Source: Candidatus Ratteibacteria bacterium
GTDB lineage: Bacteria > Ratteibacteria > UBA8468 > B48-G9 > DTJG01
Assembly: GCA_049971295.1 (NCBI GenBank)
Contig: JBMFLH010000007.1
Span: 4,919 to 29,909 of the forward strand
Length of the DNA: 24,991 nucleotides
Direction: 5' to 3'
Shown: piece after piece, positions 1-7,874 of the stretch
Numbering within the stretch: position 1 is the first letter of the stretch
Layout of the letters: every line of letters begins with the position of its first letter
Made by a program: the position numbers and the translations under genes
Notes under the pieces: generated by a model
Told to the model about the DNA's origin: nothing
Databases searched by the model: none
The model's input: the letters and a program-made list of their open reading frames with translations, nothing else

Positions 1-947
1 TTAACCTGACAGTTGGCCGCCAGGAGATTCAGATGGGTAATGGCCTTGTTGTTGGGGCTGGTAACTACCAGCATTCTGTCAATCCAATCAATGCAGCTGA
101 CCTTCGTCTGGAAAAGGCATTTGATGCGATTAAACTTGACTATGCGTTCACTGCTGCTCCTGTGACTGTTTGTGCATTCAAAAGCAAAATCACTGAGAAC
201 TATGCATCTACAACAAGCGATACAGACCTCTACGGTCTGGATGTGGTATTAAAGGCAGAAAACCTTAATCTCTCAGTGAATCCCTACTATGTGAATTACA
301 CGCAGGCTGCCACAAGAAGCAACATTCTTCACACAGCGGGCCTGAGTATTGGCTGGAACCCAATGGAAGCACTGAATATTGCTGCTGAATATGCAAAACA
401 GTTTGGTGAGGACAAAACGCTTTCTCCCACACGGGATTATGAAGGATGGGCACTCTGCCTTGGCGTTGACTACAAGTTTGCAACAAATATGAACCCTGTG
501 GTTTCTGCGATGTATGCAGATTTCTCTGGTAAAAAATCAACAGCTACTGATAACAAAAACTGGGTTCCAGTATTTCCATCCAACATTGAGTCAAGGGTCG
601 GTAAAATTGCCTATCCAGCACTATTCTCGAATGGCGAAGGTTCATATAACATCGGTACTGGAAGCGGTGTAAGGGTATTCAAACTTGGTCTTGGTCTTCA
701 ACCAACAGAAAAGGTTGGAGTTGCTCTTGACTGGTTCAATCTTACTGCAAAGGAAACTGATCCAGGTATTGATGATTCTGTTGGTAATGAAATTGACCTT
801 TCTATTAACTATGCCTATAGTGAAGACCTGTCAGTCGGGATTGAACTTGGCTACTTCATCAATGGAAACTATATCGAAGATACTGTGGGATCAAATAATG
901 ATAAGAGCCCATGGCAGGCAATTGCCACAATGAAAATTGCATTCTAA
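1..947 (+). CDS. Outer-membrane beta-barrel protein, alginate export (AlgE-like) family; 5' end lies outside the window
   Basis: The frame is open from nt 3 (NLTVGRQEIQMGNGLVVG), and GRQ-x4-G is typical of the family. It has alternating amphipathic beta-strands, a GNEIDLSINY motif and a C-terminal Phe (MKIAF) typical of BAM substrates. Confidence 0.7.
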   Translation, partial: NLTVGRQEIQMGNGLVVGAGNYQHSVNPINAADLRLEKAFDAIKLDYAFTAAPVTVCAFKSKITENYASTTSDTDLYGLDVVLKAENLNLSVNPYYVNYTQAATRSNILHTAGLSIGWNPMEALNIAAEYAKQFGEDKTLSPTRDYEGWALCLGVDYKFATNMNPVVSAMYADFSGKKSTATDNKNWVPVFPSNIESRVGKIAYPALFSNGEGSYNIGTGSGVRVFKLGLGLQPTEKVGVALDWFNLTAKETDPGIDDSVGNEIDLSINYAYSEDLSVGIELGYFINGNYIEDTVGSNNDKSPWQAIATMKIAF

Positions 948-964
948 GTATTGCCTGAATAATT

Positions 965-995
965 AAAGGGGGCGCTTTTGCGCCCCCTTTTTTTT
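965..995 (+). terminator. Rho-independent terminator
   Basis: Perfect stem AAAGGGGGCGC / GCGCCCCCTTT with a TTTT loop and a T-run, 17 nt after the porin stop codon. Confidence 0.9.
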
Positions 996-1001
996 ATCCG
1001 G

Positions 1002-1325
1002 ATGAAAACTGATAATAAAAGAAAATTAAAAACAGTATGTTCAACAAAGGTGATTGTTCAAGGTATTGGTAGTGTTATTCCTGTGAAAATTTTGTCCAAA
1101 CATAAAATTTGTGTGCCATGTGAGAAAAATGCCATAGTTTTTCTATTCCGATTTTTTTACGAATATGGATTTATCAGCAAACAGGAACAGGTGTTGAGAT
1201 TGATTGATAGACCTGAATTTCTTGATTCTCAGGTGATTTCATTTTACAATAACAAAAATAAAATGTGTTTTGATATCGTTCTTGAAAATCCTGAAAATTT
1301 TTACCAGAAGAGAAAAAATAAATGA
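1002..1325 (+). CDS. Hypothetical protein, 107 aa
   Basis: ATG at 1002 is preferred because the track's TTG start at 978 lies inside the terminator loop. The stop overlaps the nadC start (ATGA, 1322-1325). No recognisable motif or clear RBS. Confidence 0.45.
   Translation: MKTDNKRKLKTVCSTKVIVQGIGSVIPVKILSKHKICVPCEKNAIVFLFRFFYEYGFISKQEQVLRLIDRPEFLDSQVISFYNNKNKMCFDIVLENPENFYQKRKNK
1222..1250 (+). promoter_or_regulatory. Candidate sigma70 promoter for nadC, inside the hypothetical ORF
   Basis: TTGATT(1222-1227)-N17-TACAAT(1245-1250). The AT-rich context makes a chance match possible. Confidence 0.3.
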
Positions 1326-2179
1326 AAATGACTGGTAAAATACGAAGGTTTTTAAGCAATGCTCTGAAAGAGGATACTGGCAAAAGGGATATAACCACAG
1401 AAACTCTATTTGAACAAAATTTTATTATTACTGCCAAACTTATTGCAAAGCAGGATTGTATCATCGCAGGAATGCCATTATTTCAGGAGGTTTTTACAAT
1501 CCTTGACAAAAAAATAAAGTTCTCAAAAATTCTTAAGGATGGAGCAGAAGCAAAAACGGGGTCAATAGTTTGTATTCTGAAAGGACCATTAAAATCAATT
1601 TTAACCGGAGAAAGGGTTGCACTTAATATTATTTCTCATTTATCAGGCATTGCGACAATTACAAATAAATTTGTGAAAGAAGCAAATGGCAAATTTAAAA
1701 TCCTTGATACAAGAAAAACAACTCCTGGTTTAAGGGTGATTGAAAAATACGCTGTAAGAGTGGGTGGCGGATACAATCACAGATTGAACCTTTCTGAAAT
1801 GATTTTAATCAAGGATAATCACATCAATTTGTGGTCGCATCACAAAAAAATTACCAGGTCTCAAGCAATTGAACAATTGACAATGAAGGCAAAAAAAATC
1901 AAAAATATCGCAGTAGAGGTTGAAGTTGAATCTTCTGATGAGGCGATTATCGCAAAAAACGCTGGTGCAGACATTATTATGTTTGACAATACCAGTATCC
2001 ACGAAATCAGGAAATTTTTGAAATTGTGCGATGAAAACCGTCCTCTGATTGAAATTTCAGGTGGAATTGATTTGAAGGATATAAGAAGGTTAAAAAATCT
2101 TGATATTGACTTTGTTTCTGCTGGTAAAATCACGCATTCAGCACCAGCAATTGATTTCAGCATCGAAATCATGTCGTAG
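1322..2179 (+). CDS. nadC: Nicotinate-nucleotide diphosphorylase (quinolinate phosphoribosyltransferase)
   Basis: Motifs ALKED..DITT, ILTGERVALN, SGIAT, LDTRKTTPGLR..EKYAVRVGGG.NHR, ILIKDNH, EVEV, IIMFDN, EISGGI and THSAPAIDFS. Confidence 0.97.
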   Translation: MKMTGKIRRFLSNALKEDTGKRDITTETLFEQNFIITAKLIAKQDCIIAGMPLFQEVFTILDKKIKFSKILKDGAEAKTGSIVCILKGPLKSILTGERVALNIISHLSGIATITNKFVKEANGKFKILDTRKTTPGLRVIEKYAVRVGGGYNHRLNLSEMILIKDNHINLWSHHKKITRSQAIEQLTMKAKKIKNIAVEVEVESSDEAIIAKNAGADIIMFDNTSIHEIRKFLKLCDENRPLIEISGGIDLKDIRRLKNLDIDFVSAGKITHSAPAIDFSIEIMS

Positions 2180-2203
2180 CAAAATATGTCTCCTTTCGCT
2201 TTT

Positions 2204-2240
2204 TCACCCCCACCTACACCCTCTCCCATCAATGGAAGAG
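2204..2240. repeat. Single degenerate BoxC/REP-like pyrimidine-rich palindromic element between convergent genes
   Basis: TCACCCCCACCTACACC-CTCTCCCA-TCAA-TGGAAGAG is a C-rich tail followed by an 8-bp hairpin with one mismatch. It resembles the CCCTCACCCTAACCCTCTCCC-N4-GGGAGAGGG class of intergenic repeats. Confidence 0.45.
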
Positions 2241-2307
2241 AACGCAAAAAGAGGACCTGAGGGATAGGAAAAAAACCGGAAAAGGATCAGGTTGAAAAAA
2301 ACTCCTC

Positions 2308-2841
2308 TTACTTTGTGCTCCTGCTCACCATTGTTTGTCTGATGCGAGTAAAAAATTTTTGGGCTAACTCTGTCTTATAATCAGGATATGTCCAGGCAAG
2401 CTCATTAAATCTTCCAGAGCGCCAGATCAAACTCACTTCTGCATAAATGCCTTTTCCAATGTAAATTCTGTGGCTGAAATTCTTTGTTGTCAGAAGAACA
2501 GCCTTTGACAGTTCCACATAACCAGGGTCAATGTTTACGGTTCTTGAAGGTTTTTCCTTGCTCGTACTTAATTTTTGCTCAATTTCATTCGTCTGAATTT
2601 TCCATTGGGCATAATTTTCCAGTGAGATTTTTTTCTCAAAAGAAACAAAAATTTTTTTTAGATTCTCTCCCATTTCTTCTGAATAATAATCAGTAAAATC
2701 AAATGGGAAAATCTCACTTCTAATATCAGGTTTGCCAAATAGGTCTTCAAGAAAATTTAAAGATAGATTTAATTTTTCTTCTTTACTAAATGTGATTGCG
2801 CAGAAAACTTTAACTGGCTCTGGTATCTTTATTATTCCCAT
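2308..2841 (-). CDS. DUF4416 family protein
   Basis: Family pattern FDFTDYYSEEMG, K.QTNEIE, RTVNIDPGY, TTKNFSHRIYIGKGIYAE and WTYPDY. ATG at 2841 (MGIIKIPEPVK) is preferred as the start. Confidence 0.85.
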   Translation of the reverse strand: MGIIKIPEPVKVFCAITFSKEEKLNLSLNFLEDLFGKPDIRSEIFPFDFTDYYSEEMGENLKKIFVSFEKKISLENYAQWKIQTNEIEQKLSTSKEKPSRTVNIDPGYVELSKAVLLTTKNFSHRIYIGKGIYAEVSLIWRSGRFNELAWTYPDYKTELAQKFFTRIRQTMVSRSTK

Positions 2842-3493
2842 GTTCGCACGCCTTGATACAGAGACCACAGATGTATTGCGAAATATTGTTTTTCTTCGTT
2901 AATTCTTTAATCTTCTCAAAACATCTGATGTGGTCAAATTTCTCCGGACTGGTTGAAATTGCCTTTGCAGGACATTGTTCAATGCAGGATGTACAACTGC
3001 CACAATTGAATTCCAGAATCTCCGGTCTTTTGCCAAAACGATATGTGGTCAGCACAGTCACAAGTCTCAATCGGCTTCTGTAAACACTGTTTACAATCAG
3101 ATTGTTTCTTCCCAGCCACCCAATACCGCAAAGTCGTGCAAAGTACTTATGAGAAAGATGTGCCCTTTGCTGTTTCCAGTCAACAATTTGAGATGCCGGC
3201 ACCGCAATTGAAGGAAAACCGTTTTCTTCAAGAAAGTGTTCCAACTCACAACCGGTCCTGTCAAGAATGTAATTTACCTGGCGATAATGATGAAGATACA
3301 AAAAATCAGGCGCATCATTCAGATTTTCTATGACAAGTGTACTTAATGGAATGCCGAAAACTATGACGCTATTAATCTCCTTCAAAATGTTTTCTGACAA
3401 CAAAATTTTGCTTTTGTCTTCATCATCAAGGTCAGTCCATCCATAAACCATGATGTTTTTCGTTTTGAAAAAATTCTTTATTTTTTCTTCCAT
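2810..3493 (-). CDS. Epoxyqueuosine reductase (QueG)-like 4Fe-4S / cobalamin-binding family protein
   Basis: SHKYFARLCGIGWLGRNNL, RLRLVTVLT, CGSCTSCIEQCPAKAI and C-x13-ICGLCIKAC give two Fe-S cluster motifs, as in the QueG/reductive dehalogenase superfamily. It is shorter than canonical QueG. Confidence 0.75.
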   Translation of the reverse strand: MEEKIKNFFKTKNIMVYGWTDLDDEDKSKILLSENILKEINSVIVFGIPLSTLVIENLNDAPDFLYLHHYRQVNYILDRTGCELEHFLEENGFPSIAVPASQIVDWKQQRAHLSHKYFARLCGIGWLGRNNLIVNSVYRSRLRLVTVLTTYRFGKRPEILEFNCGSCTSCIEQCPAKAISTSPEKFDHIRCFEKIKELTKKNNISQYICGLCIKACEHGNNKDTRAS

Positions 3494-3499
3494 TTTCAA

Positions 3500-5404
3500 T
3501 CAGGGAATCGATGATAATGTTTTCTTTGCCTGGTAAAAACTGGGTTCTTTTTGCAAAAGGTCCTGCCATACCTTTTTTGCCCTCTGAACATCACCTTTTT
3601 CAAAGTATGCCTGGCCAAGATTAAAAAGTGCCTGGCTATTATCAGGATTTAATTCCAATGATTTTGTAAAGTATAAAATTGCCTTATCACAGTCTTTTTT
3701 CTCAAGGTAAAAGTTCCCGGTCAAATAGAACCATTCAGCATTTGATGGATTGATGGAAATCGCTTTCCGGAAATATTTTTCAGCCATCTGGTAGTTTGTG
3801 CTTCTCTGTTCAACAAGACCAAGATTTACAATGGTCTGGTCTGAATATGGTTGAAACTCGAGCGCCTTAAGGAAGTTTTTTCTTGCCTGCTCAAGCTGGT
3901 TTGCTACAAGATAAAGCTTGCCAAGATGAAAAAATCCTTCAACATTAAAGGGATTGTAATTGACTGAATTTTTTGCATACGCCTCTGCGACAAGCCACAA
4001 AACAGGGTCTTTTGTTTCTGCAACGGTTCTCATAATTTTTTTTGATTGATTGAGAGAATAACTTGCATTAACTGCACAAAATGCAAAAACAATATATGAG
4101 CAAATCACTGCCATACAAATAAAAGCCACACCAGGGAAATAAAACTTTTTTTCAATTGCTTCCACCTGACAAACAGTAAAATACATTCTACTTAAGATTC
4201 CGCAATTTAAGAAGAAAAAGAAACTTCCTGGAGTAATCTGCAGGGGAAACGAGGCAAGAGCATTCACAAGAATTCCAGTGATACCAGAGATTACAAAAAC
4301 AGAAATAAATTTTTCTGCAGGTCTTTCATTTCTGGATACAAAAATTTGATATGCCATTTTATAAATGGCAAAAATAAAAAATAAAAATGATCCAAGTCCA
4401 ACGATACCATTTTCTACAGCAATTTCAATGAATTCATTATGGGCTTTTGTCACTCTGAGATTTGCTGGAATAAGAACATCCGGATGGCTATGAGCAAATT
4501 TATAATAGGCAATTTCAAAATTTCCTGTACCATAACCAATAATTGGCTGTTCTTTTATCATTGACAAACTTGTTTTCCAGATTTCAATCCTGCTTTTCAG
4601 TGTTCCTGGCTCAAATTGAAAAATTCCTGCGTTCGCTCTCACGACAAAAATTAAGAGCATTGATATTGCAAAATACTTCAGTACCATTGCTGGTCTGATG
4701 CGGATTTTTAACAGAATCAATGCAGCAGTAAACATTGAGAAAGCAAAGCCAATCCAGCTTGCCCTTGTAAAGGTTAGAAAAAGATGAAACATCAGAAGAA
4801 CAAAGATTGAAGCAAACACCAACCTTTGTTTTTTCTGAGAAGTAAAAAAACAAAATAGAGCCCAGGGTATTACAAGAACAAGATATTCACCTGCAAAATT
4901 TCTTCTTCCAAGTGTTGACAGGGCACTGTGTTTAATATCCCATCGGATAAAATCAAAACCATAGTGCTGAAAAATGCCATAAATTGCAATGAGCGCTGAA
5001 GAAATAACAATAATTCTTGCAAACCGCACAACATCTGTTGTTTTCCGCAGAATAAAAGGAACAATAAACATTAAACACGCGCACACAATATGAAGTGAAA
5101 TCTCTGAAATACCAGCGATTTTATTTGTCGCAGGAAAGATACACAGAAACTGCCAGACAACAAATAAGCCAAAAGGTAAATATAGCGGATTTCTGTAAAG
5201 AGGAATCAATCTCGTATTCAGAAATTTCATCATTAAATAGCAGAAAAAGGCAATAACTCCGCCAAGTGCAAAGAGAAATTTAGGAAGGTTAAAACAATCT
5301 GCAAGCAATGGTGAACAGACCAGTCCAATTGACGCAGCAAGCAAACCAAATAGTATCACGGGCATATTTTTATTCGCAATTTTCACTTCAGCAAACTGCC
5401 TCAT
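3500..5404 (-). CDS. O-antigen ligase-like (Wzy_C) multi-pass membrane protein with C-terminal TPRs; candidate protein O-oligosaccharyltransferase
   Basis: About 12 hydrophobic segments, with STLGRRNFAGEYL, LTFTRASWIG, SRIEIWK...PIIGYGTGNF and AHNEFIEIAVENGIVG (conserved R and H of ligases/OTases), then ~4 TPR units. GGAG lies 8 nt before ATG 5404. Confidence 0.85.
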   Translation of the reverse strand: MRQFAEVKIANKNMPVILFGLLAASIGLVCSPLLADCFNLPKFLFALGGVIAFFCYLMMKFLNTRLIPLYRNPLYLPFGLFVVWQFLCIFPATNKIAGISEISLHIVCACLMFIVPFILRKTTDVVRFARIIVISSALIAIYGIFQHYGFDFIRWDIKHSALSTLGRRNFAGEYLVLVIPWALFCFFTSQKKQRLVFASIFVLLMFHLFLTFTRASWIGFAFSMFTAALILLKIRIRPAMVLKYFAISMLLIFVVRANAGIFQFEPGTLKSRIEIWKTSLSMIKEQPIIGYGTGNFEIAYYKFAHSHPDVLIPANLRVTKAHNEFIEIAVENGIVGLGSFLFFIFAIYKMAYQIFVSRNERPAEKFISVFVISGITGILVNALASFPLQITPGSFFFFLNCGILSRMYFTVCQVEAIEKKFYFPGVAFICMAVICSYIVFAFCAVNASYSLNQSKKIMRTVAETKDPVLWLVAEAYAKNSVNYNPFNVEGFFHLGKLYLVANQLEQARKNFLKALEFQPYSDQTIVNLGLVEQRSTNYQMAEKYFRKAISINPSNAEWFYLTGNFYLEKKDCDKAILYFTKSLELNPDNSQALFNLGQAYFEKGDVQRAKKVWQDLLQKEPSFYQAKKTLSSIP

Positions 5405-5433
5405 ATTATGCACTCCAATGGATTAGACCATAT

Positions 5434-5462
5434 ATTATATTCTACTTCCTCATTCTGTTCAA
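5434..5462 (-). promoter_or_regulatory. Sigma70-like promoter for the ligase/QueG-like/DUF4416 operon
   Basis: Minus strand TTGAAC(5462-5457)-N17-TATAAT(5439-5434). Confidence 0.6.
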
Positions 5463-5555
5463 TCAATTCAGGTAAGATCCACGATGTTTCTTATGAAAAA
5501 GTTTCTCAAAAATAAGAAGGGTGATTTTATAAATTTGATAATTTGGTGTTTATAC

Positions 5556-5590
5556 AAAGGAAAAGCCCCTCTTTTTCAGAGGGGCCTTCC
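5556..5590 (-). terminator. Rho-independent terminator closing the pilin cluster
   Basis: Minus strand GCCCCTCT-GAAAA-AGAGGGGC followed by TTTTCCTTT, about 20 nt after the 5610 stop. Confidence 0.8.
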
Positions 5591-5609
5591 ATTTCTTCCA
5601 CAGTTAGTT

Positions 5610-6296
5610 TTATGGGTTGATGATCTTCGCGATCGTTCCAGTGCCGCTATTGCCTCTGTTTGGAACCAGGTCATTAATCTTTCCGCTCGGGATCCATTTC
5701 ACATGCCCATCTGCCATGCAGGCATTAACTCCATCTGTCTTATGGTTGACATTGTTGTCTCTACCACCTGATGTACCGAGCACAACCAGTGTTGGTGACC
5801 ATACTGAACCCCAGGCACCAAGAGAGCCTACAGACTTGTCAACTACGACCACAGTGTCAACGTCGACTGACTCGTTGCAGTACTGGGCATAAGCATAGGA
5901 GCATCCTGCATTGTCTGTTCCTCCCACTGTATCAACAAGAGGAGCGCTGTTGTAAACTGGTGCGCCTGCTGTGCGATGTCCAAGGTCTGATGGACAGATG
6001 AATGTTTTTCCTGTTGATACATATTGTGGATAAAGCAGTGATAGCGGAGTCACTGAAGATGGTTCATCCAGTGCTGAGCCTCCAAGTGCAAAGTAGGTGG
6101 ATGCTGGATAGTATTCCTTGTAGTCCTGAGCGTACATCTTCAGAGCAAGGCCTATCTGCTTAAGATTTGCAATACAAACACTCCTTCTTGCCTGTTCCCT
6201 TGCTCTTGCGAGTGCAGGAAGCAACATCGCTGCGAGAATCGCTATGATAGCGATTACCACCAGAAGTTCTATGAGCGTGAATCCTTTTCTCTTCAT
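5610..6296 (-). CDS. DUF1559-like prepilin-type N-terminal cleavage/methylation protein (paralog 1)
   Basis: [46 protein letters not shown], and C-terminal [15 protein letters not shown] (H-X9-DG-like). RBS AAGGAGGTGA. Confidence 0.9.
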   Translation of the reverse strand: MKRKGFTLIELLVVIAIIAILAAMLLPALARAREQARRSVCIANLKQIGLALKMYAQDYKEYYPASTYFALGGSALDEPSSVTPLSLLYPQYVSTGKTFICPSDLGHRTAGAPVYNSAPLVDTVGGTDNAGCSYAYAQYCNESVDVDTVVVVDKSVGSLGAWGSVWSPTLVVLGTSGGRDNNVNHKTDGVNACMADGHVKWIPSGKINDLVPNRGNSGTGTIAKIINP

Positions 6297-6317
6297 TCTT
6301 GCTCACCTCCTTTCATT
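6229..6317. repeat. Pilin 5' cassette, copy 1
   Basis: 89 nt matching 6987-7075 with 2 mismatches. The first 62 nt are identical. Confidence 0.9.
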
Positions 6318-6344
6318 TTATTTTTCATTTTTTTCTCCACTTAC

Positions 6345-6353
6345 ATTATACCA
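6345..6353 (-). promoter_or_regulatory. Candidate extended -10 promoter upstream of pilin paralog 1
   Basis: Minus strand TGGTATAAT (TGnTATAAT) in the 59-nt gap between paralogs 2 and 1. No -35 match. Confidence 0.45.
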
Positions 6354-6355
6354 CA

Positions 6356-7054
6356 TTATGGATTTCTAATTCCAGTAGAATTAATTACCTGACCACCGCC
6401 AAGCTTCTCATTAGGCAGTGTTCCATCTGCCTGGGCACCAACCCAGTTGACACTTCCACTTACATAAAGAACATTGATACCATCAATGTCATGGCTGTCA
6501 TTGCCCTTGCGAACAACCACAGGAGAAGCCCAGAGCGTGTTACTTCCTTCACCAGTTACCTTATCAGCAGCAAGGACTGATTCAATGTTTGTTTGCTCAT
6601 CAAGAGCACAGCCATAAGCGTATGAACAATTTGTCCTGTCTGTAGGTGCAGTGAAGTTAAATATCGGCGCAAAGGCCACAGATGTATCTTCTGGATCTAC
6701 CATATACTTGATATCTTTTGAACTCGGACAGACAAGCATTCCTGTATTCTTCAGGTAATTTGGAGCCACTTTACTTGCAGCTCCTGAGGTATTATACACT
6801 CTACCAAAAAGCAGACAGAATGCATACGCTGTTTCATTTGCGCTGCCTGCTCCTCCTCTATACGGGAATGACTCATCATAGTCCTGACTGTACATCCTGA
6901 GAGCAAGACCAATTTGCTTCAGGTTGCTCATACAAACACCACGACGGGCTTTTTCCCTTGCCTTTGCAAGAACAGGCAGTAGCATTGCTGCGAGAATCGC
7001 TATGATAGCGATTACCACCAGAAGTTCTATGAGCGTGAATCCTTTTCTTTTCAT
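6356..7054 (-). CDS. DUF1559-like prepilin-type protein (paralog 2)
   Basis: Same class III signal peptide, with [19 protein letters not shown] and [26 protein letters not shown]. Confidence 0.9.
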   Translation of the reverse strand: MKRKGFTLIELLVVIAIIAILAAMLLPVLAKAREKARRGVCMSNLKQIGLALRMYSQDYDESFPYRGGAGSANETAYAFCLLFGRVYNTSGAASKVAPNYLKNTGMLVCPSSKDIKYMVDPEDTSVAFAPIFNFTAPTDRTNCSYAYGCALDEQTNIESVLAADKVTGEGSNTLWASPVVVRKGNDSHDIDGINVLYVSGSVNWVGAQADGTLPNEKLGGGQVINSTGIRNP

Positions 7055-7075
7055 TCTTGTTCACCTCCTTTCATT
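6987..7075. repeat. Pilin 5' cassette, copy 2
   Basis: Matches 6229-6317 with 2 mismatches. Confidence 0.9.
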
Positions 7076-7103
7076 CTTATCGTCCATAATATCTTACCAT
7101 ATT

Positions 7104-7775
7104 TTACGGATTTATCACTCTCATAAAGTTTGGTAGCGGATCTGCTGGCAGATAACCAGTTTGATTTGCTGCTACCCAGGCAACATTACCTCCAACATAA
7201 AGAACATTGATACCATCTTTTCCATGGTTGTCATTTGCATCTGTCACCTGAATTGACCAGCTCCAAATTGCGTGGTCTCCTTCATTGTAGACCTTGTCAG
7301 CGGCAAGAACTGATTCAGGAAGGGTCTTTTCATCAAGACCCCAGGCATAGGCATAAGAACAGTTTCCTGCACCGCGGGTGAAAACAGGACTGAAGGTCTG
7401 CGATACATCTTCAGGGTCAACCGTGTACTTGACATCATTTGAGCTCGGACAAACAAGTACATCAGTATTTTTCAAATAATTCGGGCAGGGCTTTGTATTG
7501 GGATTTGTATTGTTTGTATCGCGCAATCTTCCAAGAAGCAGACAGAATGCATGACCAGTTTCTCCAGATGTGCCGCCGCTTACATAGGGAAAGAATTCAT
7601 CATAATCCTGGGCGTACATTTTCAAAGCAAGGCCTATCTGCTTCAAATTACTCATACAGACACCCCTTCGAGCATTTTCACGAGCTCTTGACAGTACAGG
7701 AAGAAGCATTGCGGCGAGAATCGCTATGATAGCGATTACTACCAGAAGTTCTATTAGCGTGAATCCTTTTCTCAT
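7104..7775 (-). CDS. DUF1559-like prepilin-type protein (paralog 3)
   Basis: [13 protein letters not shown]..., LVCPSS, CSYAY and [16 protein letters not shown] 7775 lies 5 nt after AAGGAGGTGA (7790-7781), and the track's GTG start at 7784 is part of that RBS. Confidence 0.9.
   Translation of the reverse strand: MRKGFTLIELLVVIAIIAILAAMLLPVLSRARENARRGVCMSNLKQIGLALKMYAQDYDEFFPYVSGGTSGETGHAFCLLLGRLRDTNNTNPNTKPCPNYLKNTDVLVCPSSNDVKYTVDPEDVSQTFSPVFTRGAGNCSYAYAWGLDEKTLPESVLAADKVYNEGDHAIWSWSIQVTDANDNHGKDGINVLYVGGNVAWVAANQTGYLPADPLPNFMRVINP
7714..7773. repeat. Pilin 5' cassette, copy 3 (shorter)
   Basis: 60 nt matching 6232-6291 with 2 synonymous mismatches. Confidence 0.85.
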
Positions 7776-7799
7776 TTTTCTCACCTCCTTCCGTTCTTA

Positions 7800-7861
7800 A
7801 TGTTAATGGAAGTTTGTTTCATTGTCAAGAGTATTTTAATCAGTATATTTAAACTTGTCAA
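7800..7861 (-). promoter_or_regulatory. Two tandem sigma70 promoters upstream of the pilin cluster
   Basis: TTGACA(7861-7856)-N17-TAAAAT(7838-7833) and TTGACA(7828-7823)-N17-TAACAT(7805-7800). Confidence 0.75.
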
Positions 7862-7874
7862 GCCCCCCTTTTTT

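Noticed and set aside
1861..2247. 128-aa minus-strand ORF
   Set aside because: It is an antisense shadow of nadC that starts within the intergenic palindromic element.
2810..3499. Reductive dehalogenase
   Set aside because: It shares the Fe-S motifs but is only ~227 aa, with no Tat signal and no adjacent rdhB-like membrane anchor.
5484..5771. 95-aa + strand ORF
   Set aside because: It runs through the terminator hairpin and is antisense to pilin paralog 1, with no recognisable features.
5610..7790. CRISPR array, diversity-generating retroelement or shufflon behind the pilin repeats
   Set aside because: The repeats are ~750 nt apart and lie in coding leaders. I saw no adenine-specific TR/VR pair, no reverse transcriptase, cas or recombinase gene, and no inverted cassettes.
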